A DNA stretch of 32,000 bases from Candidatus Odinarchaeota archaeon (GTDB taxonomy: Archaea > Asgardarchaeota > Odinarchaeia > Odinarchaeales > Odinarchaeaceae), in NCBI GenBank assembly GCA_038826135.1, contig JAWBON010000005.1, forward strand, positions 1-32,000, in the 5' to 3' direction. Below the pieces are notes generated by a model. It had not been told where the DNA came from and did no database searches. It saw only the letters and a program-made list of their open reading frames with translations. Position 1 is the first letter of the stretch. Each line of letters begins with the position of its first letter. Position numbers and translations under genes: made by a program. Positions 17,052 to 25,037 of the stretch are shown here, one piece after another.

Positions 17052-17552
17052 ATGAGAGAAAAACCTTCATTCATATGTGATAGCATGCTTGGACGCTTAA
17101 GCAGATGGCTCAGAGTACTCGGCTATGATACAGTTTTCCAAAGAGACAGCAGCGATTATGATATTCTCAATTTACTTAAAGCGGAAGAGGATAGGATTTT
17201 ACTAACAAGAGACAGACAGCTTTACACACGCGCCAGCTGTCAAGGAGCCGACTGTCTTCTGATACCTTACCAGAATATCATAGAACAGCTCTCGTATATT
17301 GGTAAAAAATTAGGTTTAAACCTTAAAGTTAACCCTGATAATTCTAGATGCTCTATGTGCAATAACCCCCTTGTTAAGGTTTCAAATATAAACAGTATCC
17401 GCGGGCTTATACCGCCTCTTCTAAGGTTAAGCGGAAGAAGATTCTGGTACTGTGTTAAATGCAATAAGGTTTTCTGGAAGGGTAGAATGTGGCCTAATAT
17501 TAGTAAAATAGCTTTAGCTGCTTCGAAGACAATGCGGCGAATGACTCTGTGA
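17052..17552 (+). CDS. Mut7-C RNase domain protein (PIN-like plus Zn ribbon)
   Basis: F.CDSMLGRLSRWLR.LGYDT, ILLTRD, SRC..CN, C..C.KVFWKG. Confidence 0.88.
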   Translation: MREKPSFICDSMLGRLSRWLRVLGYDTVFQRDSSDYDILNLLKAEEDRILLTRDRQLYTRASCQGADCLLIPYQNIIEQLSYIGKKLGLNLKVNPDNSRCSMCNNPLVKVSNINSIRGLIPPLLRLSGRRFWYCVKCNKVFWKGRMWPNISKIALAASKTMRRMTL

Positions 17553-17597
17553 GACAGCTAAATTTATAGTAAAATCTCCCGCGAAAATAAAAAATAA

Positions 17598-17861
17598 TTA
17601 TTCTCCACCACTCATTTGAGATTTAATCTCAGCTCTTTTAAACGCGTCTACAAACTCGCCGTAAGCGTCAACAGGCTCCATAAGCGCGTGGGATGGGATG
17701 ACAAGCTCCATTTTACAGGCTCCGCATTTAACCTCCGCTATTTTCTCAGTCTTGGAAATATCCACTTTAACCGCTTTTTTACCACACGCAGGGCATACAA
17801 ATACGGCGGGTATCTTAGGTTTAGGTCTTACAACAATTTTCTTAGTTTTACGACGACCCAA
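17598..17861 (-). CDS. elf1: Transcription elongation factor Elf1
   Basis: MGRRK, F.CP.CG, C..C, EPVD.Y..F.D. TTG start after GGAGG. Confidence 0.88.
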   Translation of the reverse strand: MGRRKTKKIVVRPKPKIPAVFVCPACGKKAVKVDISKTEKIAEVKCGACKMELVIPSHALMEPVDAYGEFVDAFKRAEIKSQMSGGE

Positions 17862-18141
17862 AAATATTCCTCCAACAGTTTATAACCGGTTTTATACAAG
17901 CTATAAGAGAGTTTTCATCTCCGCAAACTAGCGCATAGTAGTACACATACAGTTATTTGCCAAGTTTTATAGGATGACGCGGCTCAACCTATATTTAATA
18001 AAGGGATATTTAAAGCAAGAAATATAAAGCTAATGTTAAATTTAACCTTACCGTTAAACTCAGTTTCAACAGTGATGTCTTAAATATGAACTCAAACGCT
18101 TACACGATTTTACAAGGTTCAGAATAATTTTATTTGAAAAA

Positions 18142-18369
18142 TTAAAGAAACCAAACCCAGCTTTTTGCAGCTATTGAAAGCTCCCCTTTAATTACCCCTT
18201 TCAAGCGGAGTTGATTAAGATACCTTGCTGGGCTGTCAGGGCATTTTAAACCCATTCTATTAATCTCAGCCTCTATCTGCGTAGTTGTTAGAGGTCGGCC
18301 AGCATTCTTTAATAATTCAATTATCTTCATAATTATAAGATCATCACCACTCTCACCCAAGCGAGACAC
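18142..18369 (-). CDS. Small winged-helix DNA-binding protein
   Basis: KIIELLKNAGRPLTT.QI, L..LR.KG.I, C-terminal W.W wing pattern. Confidence 0.65.
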   Translation of the reverse strand: MSRLGESGDDLIIMKIIELLKNAGRPLTTTQIEAEINRMGLKCPDSPARYLNQLRLKGVIKGELSIAAKSWVWFL

Positions 18370-18415
18370 CTCAAATTTAATATTTTATACCCGAATAAAA
18401 ATATGAGGTTATTTA

Positions 18416-19711
18416 ATGAGCCTAAAGAAAGAATATTTATCAGTGGATGAGGTTAGAGCGGACATACCGTTAACTAAAAAATATATTTATTTTGATAACG
18501 CTGCAACAACACCTGTACCCCTCCCAGTGATTAAAAAAATGGAAGAGTATCTTATAGAATACTGCGTTAATATTGAGCGGGGAGCCTACTCAATAGCTAA
18601 TCGCGTAACTGAGGAATGGGATCGCGCGAGAGAGGATGTTGCAAGAATACTGCTTAACTGCGATGCGAAGTATCTTATATTCACTCGCAATCTCACACAG
18701 GCTACGAACATCGTAGCATACGCCTTAGGGAACCCGCCTATAACAGTTAAAAATAATAGTTTAACGGCTAAGAGACCTCTAATAGATTGGAGGAGCGGTG
18801 ATGAAATAGTGACAACAATTGTTGAACACCACAGCAATATGCTACCCTGGATGCGGTTAGCCTACTATAAGAAGGCGAAGTTTAAAGTCATCAAGAACCT
18901 TCCTAAGACGGGTCTAATAACCTTGGAGGCTGTGCTAGATAATATTTCCAGTAAAACAAAGTTTTTAGCATTTCAACACGCTTCTAATGTTTTCGGCACT
19001 GTTAACGATGTTAAATCAATAATTAAAGCTGTCAAAGACGTTAACCCTGAATGTTTAGTGTACGTAGACGGGTCTCAAGGACCCGGCCATATGCCAGTTG
19101 ACGTGGAGGATATGGGATGTGACTTCTACGGTTTCTCAGGGCATAAAGGCCCTTTAGGCCCAGCTGGAACAGGCGGGTTATATGTTAGGAAGAATATAAT
19201 CGAGGAGATTGAACCGATTGAAGTAGGCGGCGGGGTAATAGCGAATGTAACTGAGGATTACTATGAGCTTAGAAACGACTACCCGTCTAAAAAATTCGAT
19301 GCTGGATCTCCTAATATTTTAGGATTAATAGGCTTAGGGGAGGCGGCTAGATATATTTCTAGAATAGGTTTAAAGAGAATTCACGAAGCTGAGAGAAAGT
19401 TAATATCTTATTTAATAAGCGGGCTGAGTAAAATTAACGGTGTCCAAATATACGGACCTGAGGAGCCTGAACTGAAAACAGGTGTATTAACATTTAACCT
19501 GAAAGGTTGGAGTTCACATGATTTATCACTGGCTTTAGATGAAAAATGGAGAATACTCACAAGAGCCGGACACCACTGCGCGCTGCCAGCTATAAGATGG
19601 CTGGGAATAAATGAATCCTATAGAGGGAATGTTAGAATATCATTCCATTATTATAATACACTGGATGAAATTGATTTAGCTTTAAACGCTCTTAAACAAC
19701 TTTCAACCTGA
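18416..19711 (+). CDS. Cysteine desulfurase, SufS-like (class V PLP aminotransferase)
   Basis: YFDNAATT, EHHSN.LPW, HASNV.G, VDGSQ, FSGHK (PLP lysine), group II RAGHHCA motif, R.SFHYYNT. Confidence 0.9.
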   Translation: MSLKKEYLSVDEVRADIPLTKKYIYFDNAATTPVPLPVIKKMEEYLIEYCVNIERGAYSIANRVTEEWDRAREDVARILLNCDAKYLIFTRNLTQATNIVAYALGNPPITVKNNSLTAKRPLIDWRSGDEIVTTIVEHHSNMLPWMRLAYYKKAKFKVIKNLPKTGLITLEAVLDNISSKTKFLAFQHASNVFGTVNDVKSIIKAVKDVNPECLVYVDGSQGPGHMPVDVEDMGCDFYGFSGHKGPLGPAGTGGLYVRKNIIEEIEPIEVGGGVIANVTEDYYELRNDYPSKKFDAGSPNILGLIGLGEAARYISRIGLKRIHEAERKLISYLISGLSKINGVQIYGPEEPELKTGVLTFNLKGWSSHDLSLALDEKWRILTRAGHHCALPAIRWLGINESYRGNVRISFHYYNTLDEIDLALNALKQLST

Positions 19712-19722
19712 GCTGGTTGAAT

Positions 19723-21789
19723 TTACATTCTACTATTAAAATAGTCGAGAAGTTCTTTACTCTCCTTTTCAGGTTCTACTTGACGAATATAAGTTACATT
19801 CAGCTCATTATCCTGCGAGAAATCGCTGAAAATCACTTTTCCACCGAAAACGTATGTTTTAGCTATGAGTGATTGAATACGAGTGTTAACCTCATCTTCT
19901 TTACCGGATTCGATCATACTGTGAATCTCTTCAGCGGGAATTCCTAAAAGACCTTCAGCGGAGCCTCCAAGAAGGTTCGCTCTAATAGTACCTGTCCCGT
20001 CATCTAATGTGACGCTTAATATTACGCGATAGTTTATTTCATTTATAGCCCCGCAGTTATCACAAAGCCCTCCTGTATCGGTTTTCACCGCTTTTTTAAA
20101 ACACGCAGGGCAAGCGGGGTAAACTATGTTTTTCCCGAAAACATACACTATTGTACCCACAACCTCAACTTTATCCTGGGGTTGTAAATCAGATATTTTC
20201 TTCCTTTGAAAGAGGGGTCTTCCAGTACTAGGCTGAACAATGCTTGTGGCTGTTAATTCAACCCCAGCGGGGTTTACAGTGATTATTGAAGATTCGCTTA
20301 AATGTAATTCAATATTATTGTTAAGCCCTGTTTTCGTATACCCTCCTTTAACAGATATTATATCACCGGTTTTCAAATCAGCTAAAAGCTCAGCAGATTT
20401 ACCCCAGGCCACAACCCTTATACTTCCAGTTTCATCTGCAATGAACATGCTTAAAACCTTACCAGACGAGCCGGTGGATCTTTCAAACTCTTTCAACTCG
20501 TATATTTGAGTTACTTTCCCTACTACAGCTATATTGAAGAGCTCCGTGTTAAGCTCTGATATTTTTCTAGGTTTACTCTCAGAGACAGCTGGTAAAGTTG
20601 TCTCAGGAGGGTTTAGTTCAATAAGTCCCTTAGACCCTACGTTCACACTAACCCCGAAGTCATCCACCCTTGTATAGGCATGGCTTATTTTTACTATATC
20701 ACCGATCTTTAACTCCGAGATTTCATCCACTTTATCATCCCAGAAAGACACTCTAGCTGAGCCTGAATTATCGTTTATCATAATTGATTTAACCCGACCG
20801 GTCGAGCCGTCAGCTCTGTTGAATTCCTTCTCATCGTACACGGCTGTAACCCGCCCTGTTATATCCACGTCAAAGTACCGGCCGGTGATATCCGCTATTT
20901 TAATAGGCTTAGACGGATAAATATCGGAGAAGTCTATTCCAAGATCAGGGTTAACTTCTATTTCAACACCAGCAGATGTGTGTAATTCAACCTCCCCATT
21001 CTTGTTTTCACGTGATGTAAGTTTTTTAACGTAAACAATCTGCCCTTCCTTTAAGCTTTCAAATAATGGAACACTATCACCCCATACCACGATTCTACAG
21101 GTTCCTCTAGTCCCCTGAATGATTAAACTCATAACTCTCCCTTCACTTCCATCAGCTCGTGTAAAAGTGGACTGGGGGAGAATTCGCATTACAACACCTG
21201 CAACATTTAAACTGGTTTTATCAGGTTCTAGGCTTGAGAAATCAGTTATAATTGAAGGTGTAGAATACAAGCGTTCTAGACCGGTATCAGTCGGGTATAG
21301 TATCTCCGATCTGACGCCGATATTAAGTTCAGGTTTACCGTCCCTACCTTCTTTAACATAACCTCTTATAATTTTTATAACTTTACCGTTTCTTACAGCA
21401 CCCTGCTTAATACTTGATGTTTTATCATCCCAGAAAACTATACGGATCTCGCCGGAGTTATCCATAATTCTACCGCTAGCAACCGCTCCCTTACGCCCAC
21501 CTCCCCTATCAAACACTTTTACAGGGGTAAGATCTTTGATAACACCGGTTATCGAAACACTGTTCATTCCAGGTATGAGATCGGAAATCCTTAATTTATG
21601 CTCGGATGGGCTTTGATCCTCGAATATATTTATCCCCAGTTCTTTAGCTATTATATAAGCCGCTCCCTCATCGGTTATTAAACCGCCTAGTTCACTCTTC
21701 TTTAATCTAATCTTATTCAGTATGTCCTCTTTAGACATCTTCACTTTCGCTCTAATCTTGTTTACAACCTCATCAACTGAGAGACTCAA
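19723..21789 (-). CDS. rpa: Replication protein A large subunit (multiple OB folds plus Zn finger)
   Basis: N-terminal GGLIT.EGAAYIIAKELG helical domain; four repeated OB units (F.R.DG..G.V, D.SG.IR...W); Zn motif CPAC...CDNC; LDDGTG.IRA. Confidence 0.9.
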   Translation of the reverse strand: MSLSVDEVVNKIRAKVKMSKEDILNKIRLKKSELGGLITDEGAAYIIAKELGINIFEDQSPSEHKLRISDLIPGMNSVSITGVIKDLTPVKVFDRGGGRKGAVASGRIMDNSGEIRIVFWDDKTSSIKQGAVRNGKVIKIIRGYVKEGRDGKPELNIGVRSEILYPTDTGLERLYSTPSIITDFSSLEPDKTSLNVAGVVMRILPQSTFTRADGSEGRVMSLIIQGTRGTCRIVVWGDSVPLFESLKEGQIVYVKKLTSRENKNGEVELHTSAGVEIEVNPDLGIDFSDIYPSKPIKIADITGRYFDVDITGRVTAVYDEKEFNRADGSTGRVKSIMINDNSGSARVSFWDDKVDEISELKIGDIVKISHAYTRVDDFGVSVNVGSKGLIELNPPETTLPAVSESKPRKISELNTELFNIAVVGKVTQIYELKEFERSTGSSGKVLSMFIADETGSIRVVAWGKSAELLADLKTGDIISVKGGYTKTGLNNNIELHLSESSIITVNPAGVELTATSIVQPSTGRPLFQRKKISDLQPQDKVEVVGTIVYVFGKNIVYPACPACFKKAVKTDTGGLCDNCGAINEINYRVILSVTLDDGTGTIRANLLGGSAEGLLGIPAEEIHSMIESGKEDEVNTRIQSLIAKTYVFGGKVIFSDFSQDNELNVTYIRQVEPEKESKELLDYFNSRM

Positions 21790-21858
21790 TTATCCAACCT
21801 CAAACCCATATAGTAGTGTATATTCGAATATTAAAAGACTTAAGGCTGCTACCCGTAA

Positions 21859-22287
21859 TCATATGTCAACTACGAATCTTAATATAACCTCTTTCTCAGA
21901 CTGTTTGACCTCCATCTGAGCATATGTGGGGGCTTTAATCTCTGTTTTAAGCCTGTGTTTAGTAAAATCTATTTTTTCACCTTTTATAGACGCGGATAAA
22001 CTATATTTATCTTTACCATCTTTGATTTTAACTTTAAATTCTCGGAAAAGACATTCTTCAGTGTCAACTAAAAATAGCAGTTCCCGTATATACTCAAATA
22101 AGAGAGCGTATAGATCCTCAGCCTCTATTTTAAAACGCCTAGTTAATTTAATGTCAACGTTTGAAACATCAGCCATTACATTGAACAATGCTAGACCAGC
22201 CTGTTCGAAAGCCTCATTCAAAGATGGAGCGTAAACCTCTAAATAAACATCTGCGGTATGAGGGAGTTCCCGGTAGCCTTTACTCAA
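21859..22287 (-). CDS. Archease (RtcB RNA-ligase activator)
   Basis: Y..L.HTADV, AF..A..A.F..M, EIKA.TY, C-terminal V.DI. Confidence 0.9.
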   Translation of the reverse strand: MSKGYRELPHTADVYLEVYAPSLNEAFEQAGLALFNVMADVSNVDIKLTRRFKIEAEDLYALLFEYIRELLFLVDTEECLFREFKVKIKDGKDKYSLSASIKGEKIDFTKHRLKTEIKAPTYAQMEVKQSEKEVILRFVVDI

Positions 22288-22297
22288 GAACCTACAC

Positions 22298-22621
22298 CTA
22301 TTCTACTTCACTACCAATTTCAATATCGGAAGCGGTTGTTAAAATAGAAACTTTATCCTTATTAACAGCTGCTAGAAGCATGCCATTGCTCTCAACACCG
22401 AAGATTTTAGCAGGCTTCATATTGGTTACAACAATGATGTTTTTACCAATCAACTCCTCAGGCCTATATATGTTAGCTAAACCAGCTACAAGTGTTCTAG
22501 GGGAAGATTCTCCAACATCCACGGAGAGCTTTAACAGTTTATTCGAGCCTTTTATATTCTCAGCTGTTAAAACCTTCCCGACTTTTAATTTAATTTTCTG
22601 AAAATCTGAGTATGAGATAAT
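22298..22621 (-). CDS. Stand-alone tRNA-binding OB-fold protein (Trbp111/CsaA/MetRS C-terminal-like), probable ATT start
   Basis: The frame is open upstream of the ORF-track start: ISYSDFQKIKLKVGKV..AE.IKGSNKLLKL.VDVG...RTLVAGL..Y..EEL.GK....N.KP.K.FG.ES.GM.LAA. There is no ATG/GTG/TTG before an in-frame TAA; ATT lies 7 nt after GGAGGT. Confidence 0.85.
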   Translation of the reverse strand: MISYSDFQKIKLKVGKVLTAENIKGSNKLLKLSVDVGESSPRTLVAGLANIYRPEELIGKNIIVVTNMKPAKIFGVESNGMLLAAVNKDKVSILTTASDIEIGSEVE

Positions 22622-22797
22622 TTCAGATACCTCCTTTTAACTGGTTGGTTAATAATCTAAGATAATAATTATATTATAACTATGTCGGATTTAAACGTTT
22701 TAACCGTTAAATTTTAAATGGCTTAAAAACGTTTAGAAAAATATTTTATACCTCTAAAATACTTATATAAGGAAGAGGATGGAATAGAGGGATTTAA

Positions 22798-24015
22798 TTG
22801 AAATTCAAGTTTCTAACTCTTAAAGATGTGGCTTTAACCAATAAAAGAGTTTTAGTAAGGGTTGATATCAACTCACCTATCGCTGATAACAATACTCTGC
22901 TTGAAACTAGTAGAATAAAAGCAATATTGCCGACACTGGAAATGTTGAAGGATTCGAAAACAGTTTTACTAGCCCATCAAAGTCGACCGGGTAAAAAAGA
23001 TTTCACAAGTTTAGCTCCTCATGCTGCTGTTCTTAAAAGCATGATAGATAGACCTGTAAAATTTGTCGATGACATATTCGGAAGCACCGCTCAGAAAGCT
23101 ATTAAAGAATTAAAGAACGGCGAGATTCTATTATTAGAAAACGTTCGTTTTTACTCAGAGGAGGTTGCGGAGGATATACCGCCTGAAAAACAGGCGAAAA
23201 CTATAATGGTTAGGGTATTAAGCCCGCTTTTCGACTTATTCGTTAACGACGCTTTCGCTGCAGCGCATAGAGCTCAACCTTCACTAATAGGTTTCACATA
23301 TACTTTACCTTCAGTCGCTGGGAAGGTAATGGAGAAAGAGCTGACCGTGTTAAATAAGATATTCGACCCTGATAGACCTGCAGTTTTCATTATAGGCGGC
23401 GCTAAGATTGATACTAAACTTGAGATTCTTAAAAACATTCTGAAAAATGGAAAAGCAGATAAAATACTTTTAGGCGGACTTTTAATAAACCTCTTCCTAG
23501 AAGCTAAAGGCTACAAGATCGGAGAATTAAATAGGAAAACTATTGACAAATTTGACCATTATCTGAAGGAGACTGAAAACATACTCAGAGAATACGAGGA
23601 TAATATAGAGTTACCTACCGATGTGGCTATAGAGGAGGGGGGTAAAAGATACGAAGTCTCCTGCGATGAGCTGAATAGAGAGAATAAAATTCTAGATATA
23701 GGTTTAGATACAATCGTGAAATATTCGAATATAATAGTGAACAGTAAAACAGTTGTAGCTAATGGTCCTCTGGGACTTTTTGAAAGAGAGGATTTTGCAC
23801 TAGGTACTCGGGAGATATTAGACGCGATGACCCGCTGCAAAAATTTCACAGTTGTAGGCGGGGGTGAACTGGGAGGGTATGCTGAAATATTAGGGCTCAG
23901 CGGTAAAATAAGCCATTTAAGCACAGGGGGCGGCGCGACATTAGCTTTACTGTCAGGTGAAGAGTTGCCTGTTATAAAAGCTCTTGAAGAGGCTGCGCGG
24001 AAATTCAAGCACTAG
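22798..24015 (+). CDS. pgk: Phosphoglycerate kinase (archaeal type)
   Basis: RVLVRVDINSP, AHQSRPG, LLENVRF, NDAFAAAHR, GGAK, NGPLG.FE, GGG, STGGGA. Confidence 0.96.
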   Translation: MKFKFLTLKDVALTNKRVLVRVDINSPIADNNTLLETSRIKAILPTLEMLKDSKTVLLAHQSRPGKKDFTSLAPHAAVLKSMIDRPVKFVDDIFGSTAQKAIKELKNGEILLLENVRFYSEEVAEDIPPEKQAKTIMVRVLSPLFDLFVNDAFAAAHRAQPSLIGFTYTLPSVAGKVMEKELTVLNKIFDPDRPAVFIIGGAKIDTKLEILKNILKNGKADKILLGGLLINLFLEAKGYKIGELNRKTIDKFDHYLKETENILREYEDNIELPTDVAIEEGGKRYEVSCDELNRENKILDIGLDTIVKYSNIIVNSKTVVANGPLGLFEREDFALGTREILDAMTRCKNFTVVGGGELGGYAEILGLSGKISHLSTGGGATLALLSGEELPVIKALEEAARKFKH

Positions 24016-24109
24016 GCTGCGTAGAAAGGATAAAACTGGTATTAAGTTTTTATATTTGAATTTTGCAAATTATCAAAGTGAATAGAACACATGCTCCAGT
24101 AAACTTAAC

Positions 24110-24236
24110 GGCTCGGTGGCTCAGCCCGGCTAGAGCAACGGACTTGTAAGTTACTTGAAAACCGGGAGATCCGTCGGAAATAGTTGTCACCAGACCTATT
24201 GGCGAATCGGGGGTTCAAATCCCCCCCGAGCCTCCA
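24110..24236 (+). tRNA. tRNA-Thr(TGT) with two introns (24149-24168 at 37/38; 24178-24206 at 46/47); CCA encoded
   Basis: Spliced 78-nt cloverleaf GGCTCGG...ACGGA CTTGTAA TCCGT CGGTC GGGGG TTCAAAT CCCCC CCGAGCC T CCA. BHB1: CTTG-TA^A-GTT..AAC-CGGG-AG^A. BHB2: CGTC-GG^A-AATAG..CTATT-GGCG-AA^T. Confidence 0.9.
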
Positions 24237-24246
24237 TAATAAAAAT

Positions 24247-24377
24247 GGGGCGGTAGTCTAGCTTGGTATGATTCTGGATTTGGGATCCAGAGTTCTATAG
24301 GAGAGCCCTATAAACTGGAGATCACCGGTTCAAAAGATTAGCTGCCAGCTAATCTGAAATTCCGGTCCGCCCCACCA
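24247..24377 (+). tRNA. tRNA-Pro(TGG) with two introns (24293-24320 at 45/46; 24335-24360 at 59/60); CCA encoded
   Basis: Spliced 77-nt cloverleaf GGGGCGG...CTGGA TTTGGGA TCCAG AGATC ACCGG TTCAAAT CCGGT CCGCCCC A CCA. BHB1: CCAG-AG^T...CTGG-AG^A. BHB2 is strict: TTCA-AA^A-GATTAGCT-GCC-AGCTAATC-TGAA-AT^T. It lies 10 nt downstream of tRNA-Thr, so a dicistronic transcript is likely. Confidence 0.93.
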
Positions 24378-24443
24378 AACATTTAAGTTAAATTCTAAAA
24401 TCAACTCAATTAACTGGCTTTTATATTAGAAATAAATAGATTT

Positions 24444-24941
24444 TCAGATGGTTTTTCTCGCCTCATAAGATCTTAGGAGTTTAATTAATTTGAGTATGTT
24501 TAACCGTTCAACTTTAAGCATGCGTGCAATACCCTCCCTGTTTGGAGCTATAATATACCTGTCAGCTACAATATCCTTAGCATAATAGATAAGAAATAAC
24601 CCTAGCAATATGATGGGGAGAGTTGATAATATTATTAAATTATAAATAGCAAGCACGCTTATTATAATAGTTAAAGATATTATCAGGGTCCTTAAAATTT
24701 TAAACTGCCATGTGAATTTTTTAAACGGCTTTGAAGATTTAATTGTTTTAAGCAGTTTTTCAATAGTGTTTGATGTTGAATCCCAGACGCTCAGCCATAA
24801 ATCCGATTTAGATAATAGAACCCTCATATTTTTGTCGAAAATATCAAATCTTAGGAAGAGGGGTATTTTCAAATAGGCGAAGCGCTCCAAGACTGTAACA
24901 GCTTTATTAATGTAAGGTTGCCGGTTTAGTGAAGACTTCAC
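24444..24941 (-). CDS. Hypothetical membrane protein (two adjacent TM helices)
   Basis: 165-aa ORF filling the tRNA-Pro to rfcS gap; hydrophobic segment ILRTLIISLTIIISVLAIYNLIILSTLPIILLGLFLIYY. Confidence 0.6.
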   Translation of the reverse strand: MKSSLNRQPYINKAVTVLERFAYLKIPLFLRFDIFDKNMRVLLSKSDLWLSVWDSTSNTIEKLLKTIKSSKPFKKFTWQFKILRTLIISLTIIISVLAIYNLIILSTLPIILLGLFLIYYAKDIVADRYIIAPNREGIARMLKVERLNILKLIKLLRSYEARKTI

Positions 24942-25037
24942 ACCCTATTAGATGAAAAAGAACGTTTTAAATATTTAGTTTTAAACAGTAAAATATTGAT
25001 TAACGCTTTAAGAAATATACGGCGGAAAGTAGTGGTT

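Noticed and set aside
18725-18790. About 16-aa insertion in the SufS-like protein (GNPPITVKNNSLTAKRPLID) as an in-frame intron
   Set aside because: A GTTAAA/TTTAAC hairpin exists, but there is no 4-bp central helix with 3-nt bulges. It is treated as a protein-level insertion.
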